Source of the DNA: Truepera radiovictrix
GTDB taxonomy: Bacteria; Deinococcota; Deinococci; Deinococcales; Trueperaceae
Assembly (NCBI GenBank): GCA_044462445.1
Contig: JBIQNJ010000004.1
Span: forward strand, 6,500-70,499
Direction of reading: 5' to 3'
Length of the DNA stretch: 64,000 nucleotides
Positions 10,473 to 20,602 of the stretch are shown piece by piece; positions within the stretch are counted from its first letter, which is position 1, and each line of letters begins with the position of its first letter. The notes below the pieces were generated by a model. The model made no database searches, was not told the DNA's origin, and saw only the letters and a list, made by a program, of their open reading frames with translations. Both the position numbers and the translations under genes were made by a program.

Positions 10473-11571
10473 AGCCGTTGCGCCCGCGGGCCTCGTAGCC
10501 CTCCGCCTGCAAAGCCACCACGCCGCGCTCCTGCTCGTCGAGGCTCTCGAACGCCAGGCGGATGGCGCCACCCGACTCGCGCACACCCAGGACCTCGATG
10601 TCCTTGACGTTGACCTCGGCCTCGCCGAGCGCGCGCGTGATGCGCGCCAGCTCACCCGGCCTGTCGGGCACGGCGATGACCACCTCGTAGCGCGCCGGCA
10701 GCAGGCTGCGGCGCACTATGGGGATCGAGTCGCGCGTCACCCGCGCGCTCTCGCCGGCGGTGAGCAGTTCATCGGGCTGGTCGAGCAGGGTCTCGAGCTT
10801 CTCCAACTGGCTGCGGTACGCGCCCAGGGCGGCGCGCACGGCCTCGCGGTTACCGGCCACCATGTCGCGGCTCATCACCGGGTCGCCGCTGGCTACGCGC
10901 GTCAGGTCGCGGAAGCCGCCGGCGGCGAGCAGCATCTTTAGGCCGCTCTCGTCGCCCTCGCCTACCAGCGCGGTGAGCGCCACAGCCGCCAGGTAGGGCA
11001 GGTGGCTCACGGTGGCCACCAGGCGGTCGTGCTGGTCGGGGGGCACCTCGATGGGCCTAGCCCCCAGCGCCTCCACGAAGCCGCGCACCTGGGCCAGTGC
11101 GTCGGCGTCGGTCACGCCGTCTACGGGCGTCAGCGCCCACATGGCGTTCTCCAGCAGCGCGGGGTCGGAGTTGAGAACGCCGCCCTTCTCGCTGCCCGCC
11201 ATGGGGTGGCCGCCCACGAAGCGACTGGCCGCCATGCCCGCGACTATCGGGCCCTTCACCCCGCCGACGTCGGTGACGACGGTGTTTTCCCGCAGGTACG
11301 GAAGCAGCGCCTGGCCGGCCGGCACCAGCGTCCGGGCCGGCGAGGCGAGGACCACCAGATCGGCCTTGGCCAGCCATGGACCCGGAGCCAGCTGCGCCTC
11401 GTCTATCGCTCCCAGGCCCCGGGCGGCGTCGAGCGTGTGCGGTGACAGGTCGAGCCCGACCACGCGGTCGGCGAGGAAACGCTGGCGCACGCTCATGCCT
11501 ATGGAGCCGCCGATGAGGCCCACGCCGACGATGACGACGGTGCCGAACAGGGGAGATGGCCGCGCCTTCAC
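10459..11571 (-). CDS. tyrA: Prephenate dehydrogenase with C-terminal ACT-like domain
   Basis: 370 aa. Rossmann motif VVIVGVGLIGGSIG, HPMAGSEKGG, and a C-terminal regulatory domain (YEVVIAVPDRPGELARITRALGEAEVNVKDIEV). It lies 11 nt downstream of aroF on the same strand. Confidence 0.85.
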   Translation of the reverse strand: MKARPSPLFGTVVIVGVGLIGGSIGMSVRQRFLADRVVGLDLSPHTLDAARGLGAIDEAQLAPGPWLAKADLVVLASPARTLVPAGQALLPYLRENTVVTDVGGVKGPIVAGMAASRFVGGHPMAGSEKGGVLNSDPALLENAMWALTPVDGVTDADALAQVRGFVEALGARPIEVPPDQHDRLVATVSHLPYLAAVALTALVGEGDESGLKMLLAAGGFRDLTRVASGDPVMSRDMVAGNREAVRAALGAYRSQLEKLETLLDQPDELLTAGESARVTRDSIPIVRRSLLPARYEVVIAVPDRPGELARITRALGEAEVNVKDIEVLGVRESGGAIRLAFESLDEQERGVVALQAEGYEARGRNGSRPA

Positions 11572-11582
11572 CGCTGCGGCCC

Positions 11583-12614
11583 TCAGAGCTGCTTGCCGAG
11601 AGCCTGTACGACGGCACCCAGCCGCCCCATCAGCTCGCCGAACTCCGCGTCGTTGAGCTGCTGGGCGGCGTCCGACTTAGCCTCCTCGGGCGTCGGATGC
11701 ACCTCGACGATCAGGCCGTCTGCGCCCGCTGCGGCGCTGGCCAGCGCGAGGGAGGCGACCAAAGGCCTGCGGCCTGCGGCGTGGCTCGGGTCCACCCAGA
11801 CGGGCAGGTGGCTGAGCTCCTTGAGCACGGGCACGGCGCTCACGTCGAGCGTGAAGCGGGTGGAGGTCTCGAACGTCCTGATGCCGCGCTCGCACAGGAT
11901 GACGTTGGGGTTGCCCTGGCTCAGCACGTACTCGGCGGCCTGCAGGAACTCGGTGATGGACGTGCTCATGCCACGCTTGAACAGCACGGGCTTGCCGCTC
12001 TTGCCCACCTCGGCCAGCAGGGCGAAGTTCTGGCTGTTGCGGGCGCCTATCTGCAGCATGTCTGCGCTGGCGGCCACCGTCTCCACCAGTTCGGGCGCCG
12101 TCACCTCGGTGACGATGGGCAGGCCCGTGCGCTCGCGCGCCTCCTCGAGTATGCGCAGGCCCTCCTGCTGCAGCCCCTGGAAGGCGTACGGGCTGGTGCG
12201 CGGCTTGTAGGCGCCGCCGCGGAGCACCGTGCCGCCGTGGCGCTTGACGATGTCGGCCGACGCCTGCAGCTGTTCGCGGCTCTCCACGCCGCATGGGCCG
12301 GCGGCCACCACGAAACGGCCGTTGCCGGTCTTCACGGCGCTGGAGCCGTTACCACCTATCATCACGAACGAGTCGTCATGCCGGAACTCGCGCGAGGCCA
12401 GCTTGAACGGCTTGGTTATGCGCACCACCGTGTCTACCCCGGCCATCCCCGCCAGCTGCTCGCGCAACTCCTCTGTAGGGGAAGGGCCGATGGCGCCGAT
12501 GAGGGTGCGCTCCTCGCCCTCGCTGATGTGGGGGGTGAAGCCTAACGCCTTGATGTCTTCGATCACGCGCTCCACGGCTTCGGCCGGGGCGTTCTTAGTC
12601 ATGACTATGACCAC
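11583..12614 (-). CDS. aroF: 3-deoxy-7-phosphoheptulonate (DAHP) synthase, type I-beta, with an N-terminal ferredoxin-like regulatory domain
   Basis: 343 aa. N-terminal MVIVMTKNAPAEAVERVIEDIKALGF...ISEGEERTLIGAIG domain, AGPCGVES, GGAYKPRTSPYAFQG and VDPSHA. GTG start with GGAG 6 nt upstream. Confidence 0.9.
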   Translation of the reverse strand: MVIVMTKNAPAEAVERVIEDIKALGFTPHISEGEERTLIGAIGPSPTEELREQLAGMAGVDTVVRITKPFKLASREFRHDDSFVMIGGNGSSAVKTGNGRFVVAAGPCGVESREQLQASADIVKRHGGTVLRGGAYKPRTSPYAFQGLQQEGLRILEEARERTGLPIVTEVTAPELVETVAASADMLQIGARNSQNFALLAEVGKSGKPVLFKRGMSTSITEFLQAAEYVLSQGNPNVILCERGIRTFETSTRFTLDVSAVPVLKELSHLPVWVDPSHAAGRRPLVASLALASAAAGADGLIVEVHPTPEEAKSDAAQQLNDAEFGELMGRLGAVVQALGKQL

Positions 12615-12658
12615 GGTTATCTCCTGGTTCTCATGAGGTCTGGTGCTTGAGGTACGTG

Positions 12659-12879
12659 AAAAGCGAGCGTCGGACGCGCCCGCAGCTTGCTCTTAGGCTC
12701 TTCGTTAGTGCTGGGCTAACTGAGTCTTGCCGGGCTTCTCACGCCGGGCGAGCAACTGCGGGCCATGTATACCCGGGATACCGCCAGGTATAGCCGTGTG
12801 CCAGAGCCCGCACGGCACGACGAACCAGGTGGCCGTGGCCACTGGCCAGCACGTCGCCTGAGGGGCGCAGTTGCGTCAT
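12659..12879 (-). promoter_or_regulatory. Candidate transcription-attenuation leader of aroF-tyrA: a 46-codon Tyr/Trp-rich leader ORF plus alternative stems and a terminator hairpin
   Basis: Minus strand. Leader ORF 12879..12739 (MTQLRPSGDVLASGHGHLVRRAVRALAHGYTWRYPGYTWPAVARPA). Complementary segments at 12866-12874, 12750-12762 and 12679-12692. Hairpin GCGGGCG-N7-CGCTCGC followed by TTTT at 12683-12659. Details are in the findings. Confidence 0.35.
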
Positions 12880-13712
12880 GCGGGAGAGTGTAACAGACTC
12901 TCCTCGCCGCTGTGGCGGGAGCGGGCGAACTGCATGGCCGCCTCGACCACCAGGTCGAAAGGCACCCGCTGCTCGGGGAACGCCGCGAACGACATCTCGG
13001 GGTGCCACTGAACGCCGAGCACGAAGCTGCCGGAGCTCTCCTCGATGGCCTCGATGAGGCCATCGCCGGAACGGGCTACCGTCACCAGGCCCTCACCCAG
13101 CTTGTCTATGGCCTGGTGATGGTAGCCGTTGGTCCTGATCTCCAGCGCACCGAAGGCCCGCGCCAGGCGGCTGCCCGGCTCAAGGCGGGTGGGGAAGATG
13201 GGCGCGCCCCGGGGGTCTCTCTGCTGGTGCTGCCAGGCGCCCGGCACGGCAGGCACGTGCTGGTGCAAGGTGCCGCCATGGGCGACGTTGATGACCTGAT
13301 GACCCCGGCATACGCCCAACACGGGCTTGCCGGCCGCACGGAACGCCCGGTACAGGGCCAACTCGAACGCGTCCCGCCGCTCGTCCACCACTCCCAGGTC
13401 GGGGTGGGGGGAGCAGCCGTACACGTTCGGGTCTACGTCGACGCCGCCCGTGATGAGTAGGGCGTCCGCGGTAGCGACGTAGAGCGGAGCGAGCTCCGGG
13501 TCCAGCACTGCGACCATCAGCGGCAGCCCGCCGGCGGCGGCTACGGCCTGAGAGTAGTTGCGGCCCGTCACCGCGTCTTCGCGCAGGAGCGTCTCTGTTC
13601 TCAGCTCTATGCCCGTGCTCAGAAGCACGCGTGGGCGGAAGGTAGGGGTCACGCTCGTTAGGTTAACGCCGTTCCGGGGCGGCGCGCCACCGGGTGCGCC
13701 GCAAGGCGGCAA
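12876..13712 (-). CDS. Class-I glutamine amidotransferase / gamma-glutamyl-GABA hydrolase-like (peptidase C26)
   Basis: 278-aa ORF. Nucleophile elbow GVCRGHQVINVAHGG and GVQWHPE. The true start may be the internal GTG at 13652 (VTPTFRPRVLL...). Confidence 0.8.
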   Translation of the reverse strand: MPPCGAPGGAPPRNGVNLTSVTPTFRPRVLLSTGIELRTETLLREDAVTGRNYSQAVAAAGGLPLMVAVLDPELAPLYVATADALLITGGVDVDPNVYGCSPHPDLGVVDERRDAFELALYRAFRAAGKPVLGVCRGHQVINVAHGGTLHQHVPAVPGAWQHQQRDPRGAPIFPTRLEPGSRLARAFGALEIRTNGYHHQAIDKLGEGLVTVARSGDGLIEAIEESSGSFVLGVQWHPEMSFAAFPEQRVPFDLVVEAAMQFARSRHSGEESLLHSPA

Positions 13713-13742
13713 CCCTGGTAGGCTTCGCTTCGTGGAGGACGC

Positions 13743-14954
13743 ATGCCGGCTATAGCGATGATCGGCGCCCAGTGGGGCGACGAGGGTAAGGGCAAGGTGG
13801 TAGACGCCTTGGCGGCCGAGGCCGACCTGGTGGTGCGCTATTCAGGCGGCGCCAACGCCGGCCACACGGTGGTGGTGGGCAGCGAGGTGTTCAAGCTACA
13901 CCACCTCACGTGCGGAACGTTGCACGACAAGCCGGCCTCCGTGCTCGGTGGCGGCATGGTGATCGACCCATGGACGTTCCTGGAGGAGCTGGACGGCCTC
14001 GCGGCCCGGCGCGACCCTGGCCCGGTGTTCGTCTCGGCCGACGCTCATCTCGTGCTGCCTCACCACAAGAAGAACGACGAGGGCGGTGGCTTCGTGGGCA
14101 CCACCGGGCGCGGCATCGGCCCCGCCTACTCCGACAAGGCGCGGCGCATAGGCGTGCGCATGGGAGACCTGCTGGACTACGACGCTCTGCGCCAGCGCCT
14201 GGAGCGCCTCATAGAGGCCAAGCCCAACTCCACGGCGCGGGTGGGCTGGACTACCGCCGACGAGGCCGCGGCCGAGCTCGATCCCGTGCGGGCTAGGTTG
14301 GCGCCCATGATCACCGACACCGGCGCGCTGGTGCGCCGCGCGCTCGCCGCAGGGCAGCGCGTGCTGTTCGAGGGCGGGCAGGGCACCATGCTCGACCTCG
14401 CGTACGGTACCTACCCGTACGTCACCTCTAGCCACCCCACCGTTGGCGGCATCCTCGTCGGGGCGGGCGTCAGCCATAAGGCGCTCACCGGCGTGTACGG
14501 CGTGGTGAAGGCGTTCACCAGCCGCGTGGGTCACGGTCCGTTCGCGACGGAGATCCTGGACGACGAGATGGCAGTCCGGCTGCGCGGTTCCGGCGCCAAC
14601 CAGTGGGACGAGTACGGCACCACCACGGGCCGGCCCCGGCGCGTAGGCTGGCTCGACCTGCCGCAGCTGCGCTACGCGTGCGAGATCAACGGCTTCGATG
14701 GGCTGGTGGTGACGAAGCTCGACGTGCTGTCGGGCCTGCCCACCGTGAAGGTGGCCGTCGCTCACGACGAGGCCGGCCCCGTGTTCGAGGAGCTGCCGGG
14801 CTGGGGCCAGCTGCGGGGCCTCAAGGGCCGGGACGCGCTGCCGACGGCCGTGCATGACTACCTGAACCTGATCGAGGAGGCCACGGGCACGCCCGTCGTC
14901 ATCTTCTCGACGAGCCCCGACCGGGAGGACACTTACGGCGAGGTGAGCTGGTGA
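13743..14954 (+). CDS. purA: Adenylosuccinate synthetase
   Basis: 403 aa. P-loop GAQWGDEGKGKVVD, GGANAGHTV, TTGRGIGPAYSDK and GTTTGRPRRVGWLD. Confidence 0.95.
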   Translation: MPAIAMIGAQWGDEGKGKVVDALAAEADLVVRYSGGANAGHTVVVGSEVFKLHHLTCGTLHDKPASVLGGGMVIDPWTFLEELDGLAARRDPGPVFVSADAHLVLPHHKKNDEGGGFVGTTGRGIGPAYSDKARRIGVRMGDLLDYDALRQRLERLIEAKPNSTARVGWTTADEAAAELDPVRARLAPMITDTGALVRRALAAGQRVLFEGGQGTMLDLAYGTYPYVTSSHPTVGGILVGAGVSHKALTGVYGVVKAFTSRVGHGPFATEILDDEMAVRLRGSGANQWDEYGTTTGRPRRVGWLDLPQLRYACEINGFDGLVVTKLDVLSGLPTVKVAVAHDEAGPVFEELPGWGQLRGLKGRDALPTAVHDYLNLIEEATGTPVVIFSTSPDREDTYGEVSW

Positions 14955-15039
14955 GCGGCCCGCGGGGTGGCCGACCCGCCCCGGCCCCCCATGAACGCGG
15001 TCCGGCCCTGGCTAGTCAGCACGGGGTAGAGGTGGTGGA

Positions 15040-16251
15040 ATGAGGGCGTTCATGTGGGGTCTTGTCGTTCTGCTACTGCTGGTAGGCGCCCTGTTCGCGG
15101 CCGGCTGGGTGCTCTCCAGTCGCGTCCTCGTGCCCGCGCCGTACGGCCTCATGCCCGAGTTCGACGTCATAGGCCTGAAGGACACGCCGGGCGCCGCGCC
15201 ATGGCCGCCCGCCAAGCTGCCGGCAGGCCTGGTGGCCGCCACCGCCGAGCTGCCCAGCCAGACGGTCGTGCTGCCCGCCCCTGCGAGCGACCTGCAGTTC
15301 GCCGACACGCTGGCCGAGGGCGTGTACGGCCTCATGTGGGAGGGCGGCAACGGGGTGCTGGGCGAGGTGCTCAACCGCACCGGCGGACAGGTGGAGCGCG
15401 AGCTGCGCGTGCTGGCGGGCTCGCCACCTGCTCCGGGTGCCCCGGCCCGCATGGACAACTTCATCTACCGCACCGACCCTTCGGCGTTGGGGCTCGCGTT
15501 CGACGAGCTGACGCTCGCCGGGCCGGTGGGGGCCCTGCGTAGCTGGTTCGTGCCCGCCGACGGCGGCACCGCCGTGCTCATGCTGCATGGTCGCAGGCGC
15601 GGGGAGCTCTCCGAACTGCTGCGGCCTATCTCGGCCTTCAACCAGCTGGGTCTGCCTGCGCTAGCGCTGGCGTACCGCAACCATGACATGAGCGACCCCA
15701 GCCCTGACGGCCTGTTCCACTACGGCGCCAGTGAGTGGGAGGACGCCCTGGTGGGCGCGCGCGAACTGAGGCGTCGCGGGTACGAGCGCGTCATCCTCTA
15801 CGGCGTCTCTATGGGCGGAGCTGTGGCGCTGGAGGCGCTGGAGCGTTGGCCGGCCGACGCCCCCGCGGTGCTGGGCATCGTGCTCGACTCGCCGCTGGTA
15901 GACCCCTACGCCGTGGTGGAACTGGGCGCCGTGAAGGCCGGCATGCCACTGCCGGGTCTCCTGACGCGGCTAGGGCTGATTGTCGGAGGTGTTCGCGCCG
16001 GCATAGACTTCGGCTCCCTGCGGCAGCACCTCGGCGGTCCGAACCTGCACGTACCCGTGCTGCTGATAGCGGGAGACGCCGACACGACCGTGCCCATAGA
16101 GGCCGTCGACAGGTTCGCGCAGTCGGTGGGCTCCCCGCTGAGCTACATGCGCCTGCCCGGCGCCGAGCATGTGGAGGCCTGGAACCTCGACCCGGCGCGT
16201 TACACCGAGTGGTTGCGGCTGTTCCTGGCGTCGCTGAACGTCAGCGCCTGA
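15040..16251 (+). CDS. Membrane-anchored alpha/beta-fold hydrolase
   Basis: 403 aa. N-terminal TM helix (WGLVVLLLLVGALFAAGWVL), HG dipeptide (VLMLHGRRRG) and nucleophile elbow GVSMGGAVA. GAGGTGGTGGA precedes the ATG. Confidence 0.7.
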   Translation: MRAFMWGLVVLLLLVGALFAAGWVLSSRVLVPAPYGLMPEFDVIGLKDTPGAAPWPPAKLPAGLVAATAELPSQTVVLPAPASDLQFADTLAEGVYGLMWEGGNGVLGEVLNRTGGQVERELRVLAGSPPAPGAPARMDNFIYRTDPSALGLAFDELTLAGPVGALRSWFVPADGGTAVLMLHGRRRGELSELLRPISAFNQLGLPALALAYRNHDMSDPSPDGLFHYGASEWEDALVGARELRRRGYERVILYGVSMGGAVALEALERWPADAPAVLGIVLDSPLVDPYAVVELGAVKAGMPLPGLLTRLGLIVGGVRAGIDFGSLRQHLGGPNLHVPVLLIAGDADTTVPIEAVDRFAQSVGSPLSYMRLPGAEHVEAWNLDPARYTEWLRLFLASLNVSA

Positions 16252-16280
16252 GGGTCAGCGCCCGAAGCTCGCCCGCTTGG

Positions 16281-17423
16281 TCAGCGTTCTGCCAGCGGAA
16301 CGAACTTCTTGTCCATGCGCCCGGTGTAGGCCAGGCGTGGGCGCATGAGGCGGTTGTCGGCGTACTGCTCGTACAGGTGCGCCATCCAGCCGGAGATGCG
16401 GGCCACGGCGAAGATGGGTGTGTACATGTCGCCCGGGAAGCCCAGCATGCGGTAGACGGAGGCCGAGAAGAAGTCCACGTTCGGCTTGACCTGCTTGCCC
16501 TTCTTGGCCATCTCGCGGTCCATGACGCGCTCCATCTCCAGGCTCATCTCGAACCATTTGGAGTCGCCCGACTCCTCGGCCAGGCTGCGGCTGACCTCCT
16601 TGAGGATCACGGCCCGCGGGTCCAGCACCCTGTAAACGCGGTGGCCGAAGCCCATGACGCGGCCGCCCTCCTGCGCCAGAACCCCCATCACGTAGGGCTC
16701 TACGGCTTCGAAGCTGCCGATGTTCTCGAGCGCCTTCATGACGGCCGTGTTGGCTCCGCCGTGCAGCGGCCCCTTGAGAGAGCCGACTGCCGCGCCGATA
16801 GCGCTGTACACGTCGGTCAGGGTCGAGGCCGTGGCGCGGGCCACGAACGTGCTGGCGTTGGCGCCGTGTTCGGCGTGCAGCACGAGCGCCACGTCCATGA
16901 CGTTGGTGGCAGCCGGGGTGGGCTCCTCGCCCGTGAGGGTGTAGAGGAAGTTGCCCGCCACGCTGAGGTCGGAACGCGGCTCCACTGGGTCTAGGCCGTT
17001 GCGGATGCGCTGGAACGCGGCCACGAGGAGCGGGACCTGCGACAGCAGCCTGAGGCCTATGCGGCGCACGTTGGCGGAGTCCACCCCGTTGGCGGCCTCG
17101 TCGAAGCTGCCGAGAAGGGCGACGGCGCTGTGCAGCGCCAGCATGGGGTCGGCGTTGCTGGGCATGGAGCGGTAGAGCTGGTAGACCGCGTCCGGGATGA
17201 CGAAGTTGGGGGCGAGCTCACGCTTGAACTGCTCCAGCTGGGTGGCGTTGGGGAGCTCGCCGTTCCAGAGCAGGTACGTGACCTCCTCGAAGCTGGCCTT
17301 GCCGGCCAGTTCGCGGATGTCGTAGCCGCTGTAGATGAGCTGGCCCTTGCCGCCGTCGATGAAGCAGATGGCGCTCTCATCGATGTAGACGCCATCTAGG
17401 CCTCGGTTGATGGTCTGCTCCAT
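16281..17423 (-). CDS. gltA: Citrate synthase
   Basis: ORF 16281..17444, trimmed to ATG 17423 (GGAGG 5 nt upstream; MEQTINRGLDGVYIDES). Catalytic motifs LVLHAEHGANAST and VMGFGHRVYRVLDPRA. Confidence 0.92.
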   Translation of the reverse strand: MEQTINRGLDGVYIDESAICFIDGGKGQLIYSGYDIRELAGKASFEEVTYLLWNGELPNATQLEQFKRELAPNFVIPDAVYQLYRSMPSNADPMLALHSAVALLGSFDEAANGVDSANVRRIGLRLLSQVPLLVAAFQRIRNGLDPVEPRSDLSVAGNFLYTLTGEEPTPAATNVMDVALVLHAEHGANASTFVARATASTLTDVYSAIGAAVGSLKGPLHGGANTAVMKALENIGSFEAVEPYVMGVLAQEGGRVMGFGHRVYRVLDPRAVILKEVSRSLAEESGDSKWFEMSLEMERVMDREMAKKGKQVKPNVDFFSASVYRMLGFPGDMYTPIFAVARISGWMAHLYEQYADNRLMRPRLAYTGRMDKKFVPLAER

Positions 17424-17610
17424 GGTTCCTCCGGCTGAACGCACAAGCCTGCTGGCTTGCGCTCAGGTGCGTTGGCGGTGTCGGCTTGACGGTGCCGGCA
17501 ACGGCTGTGAAGGCTCGATGCCCGAACAGAGGGCTGAGCACGGGAGTGTCGGTGCCGCCACTAAGGCGGGGCCGTTAATCACCGCCAAGTGTAACGAATG
17601 CCGGGCGGTC

Positions 17611-18075
17611 TTAGGTGCTCCTGCGCTCTGTAGTCAGGTACCAGACGAGCGTAGCCGCAACCGCAGTGGAGGCTGCCAGCACGGTGCGCCAGCCCGCGTC
17701 GAATATGCCGACGAGCATCCCCAGCACTATGAGGGCCAGCCCGAAGATGAACGCCCAGTGCCCGGGGCGCTCCTCGAGCGCCTCGACCACCAGCCCGGCC
17801 GCACCCACGCTCACGAGGAAGGCGCCGCTCCACCGCAGGGCGACCTCTAACAGCACGCCTACCGAGGCGCCCGCCAGCACCGCTCCCAGCACCAGCAGCG
17901 GGTACAGGCCGAGCCGGTCGTGGAAGTGGAGGGCCAGGGTGGCGCCTAGCAGCAGCCACAGCCAGGCGCTGCTCGACACTAGCAACGCCACTATGACGAG
18001 CAGCGCGAGGGTGGCGACCGCGAGTAGTGCTCTGACCAGACCTGACACGATGGCTGATCCCCCTTCGGCACACAT
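17611..18075 (-). CDS. Hypothetical small integral membrane protein (about 4 TM helices)
   Basis: 154-aa ORF with high GC3 and uniformly hydrophobic helices (LLAVATLALLVIVALLV, LYPLLVLGAVLAGASVGVLL, WAFIFGLALIVLGMLVGIF). I recognise no family. An internal GTG at 18048 is an alternative start. Confidence 0.5.
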   Translation of the reverse strand: MCAEGGSAIVSGLVRALLAVATLALLVIVALLVSSSAWLWLLLGATLALHFHDRLGLYPLLVLGAVLAGASVGVLLEVALRWSGAFLVSVGAAGLVVEALEERPGHWAFIFGLALIVLGMLVGIFDAGWRTVLAASTAVAATLVWYLTTERRST

Positions 18076-18396
18076 TCTATGGCGTGCAAGCTGCGCGCTT
18101 GTATGGCTGTTTGGGAGATTCGCTACCCGGTTGCGGGTGCGGCGGTGCTATCCTCGAAGCGAGCGACCAAAGGGGCAAGCGTGTGCTGGAAGCCTGGTGC
18201 GCGTTAGCCTTCGCGGTCTCGGCGGGCTCGTGACCACCATGGCCAGTGTCATCACACCATCCCACCGCACCGACTCGGTGCCCGCGCCACTGGGCGCTGG
18301 CCTGCTAGCGCTCGTTCTAACCCTGAACCCGCACGTGTATGCGCACCCCGAACCTGGTGTTCGGGGTGTTCCGTTTCATACCTGGGGCGCCGCTGA

Positions 18397-19536
<1,140 letters not shown>

Positions 19537-19552
19537 AGAGGGCGGGCTTCAC

Positions 19553-20530
19553 ATGAGTGCCGTGACGATGGTCCAGGCGGTGGCCCGGACCCTAGATCAG
19601 GAGATGGCGCGCGACAGGCGCGTGGTCGTTATGGGCGAGGACGTCGGCAAGCGCGGCGGCGTGTTCCTGGCCACCGAGAAGCTGTTCGACAAGTACGGTC
19701 CCGACCGGGTCATCGACTCTCCGCTGTCCGAGGCGGCCATCATCGGGGCCGCTCTGGGCATGGCCGTGCACGGTCACCGGCCGGTGGCCGAGATCCAGTT
19801 TGCCGACTACATCTACCCGGGCTTCGATCAGCTGGTGAGCCAGGTGGCCAAGCTGCGTTACCGGTCGGGCGGCCAGTTCACCGCTCCGATGGTCGTGCGC
19901 ATGCCCACCGGCGGCGGCGTCAAGGGCGGCCACCATCACTCGCAGAGCCCAGAGGCGCACTTCGTGCACACGGCCGGCCTGAAGGTGGTCATCCCCAGCA
20001 CTCCCTCCGACACCCAGGGCCTGTTGCGCAGCGCCATACGCGACGACGACCCGGTGGTGTTCATGGAGCCCAAGCGCCTCTACCGCGCGGTCAAGGAGCC
20101 CATCTCCGACGACCCCGACTTCATGCTGCCTATCGGCAAGGCTGCCATCAAGCGCGAGGGCGGCGACGTGGTGCTCGTCAGCTACGGCGGCTCCATGGCC
20201 GAGACCCTGCGCGCCGCCGACGAGCTGGTGAAGCAGGGCGTCTCGCCTCACGTCATCGACCTGCGGTCGTTGGCGCCCTGGGACGAGGAGGCCGTGCTGT
20301 CGGCAGTGGCCCGCGTTGGCCGCGTCGTTCTCGTGAGCGAGGCCCCCCACAGCCTGGGCTTCATGAGCGAGGTGTCTGCCACCATCGGCGAGCAGGTGCT
20401 GGACGCCTTGCTGGCGCCTCCCGCCCGCGTCACCGGCTTCGACACGCCCTACCCGTACGCTCAGGACCGTGAGTACCTGCCCGGACCGAACCGCATCCTG
20501 AAGGCCGTGCAGCGGGTGCTGGACTACTGA
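19553..20530 (+). CDS. 2-oxoacid dehydrogenase E1 beta subunit
   Basis: 325 aa. [32 protein letters not shown] and HSQSPEAHF, a typical transketolase-like beta subunit. It lies 16 nt after E1 alpha. Confidence 0.9.
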   Translation: MSAVTMVQAVARTLDQEMARDRRVVVMGEDVGKRGGVFLATEKLFDKYGPDRVIDSPLSEAAIIGAALGMAVHGHRPVAEIQFADYIYPGFDQLVSQVAKLRYRSGGQFTAPMVVRMPTGGGVKGGHHHSQSPEAHFVHTAGLKVVIPSTPSDTQGLLRSAIRDDDPVVFMEPKRLYRAVKEPISDDPDFMLPIGKAAIKREGGDVVLVSYGGSMAETLRAADELVKQGVSPHVIDLRSLAPWDEEAVLSAVARVGRVVLVSEAPHSLGFMSEVSATIGEQVLDALLAPPARVTGFDTPYPYAQDREYLPGPNRILKAVQRVLDY

Positions 20531-20602
20531 ACCTCTGGAAGCGCGCCCCGGCCCGTTCGGCCGCGTGGGACGCCTCAGGCTGACACTTAAGAAGGAGTAC
20601 CG

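Noticed and set aside
17438-17473. Extended hairpin (AACGCAC...GTGCGTT with inner AAGCC/GGCTT) 5 nt upstream of the gltA SD.
   Set aside because: It is plausibly an ordinary 5' UTR stabilising stem or the terminator of the upstream membrane-protein gene. There is no alternative pairing or ligand-type architecture that I could see.
18160-18300. Resemblance to a cobalamin riboswitch (GGAAGCCTGGTG ... GCCACTG B12-box-like) and faintly to ZTP (GGGCTCGTGACC) in the leader of the 2-oxoacid dehydrogenase operon.
   Set aside because: The matching pieces are about 100 nt apart, other conserved segments are missing, and the downstream genes have no link to B12 or purine/folate regulation. Without a covariance-model scan this is pattern over-matching.
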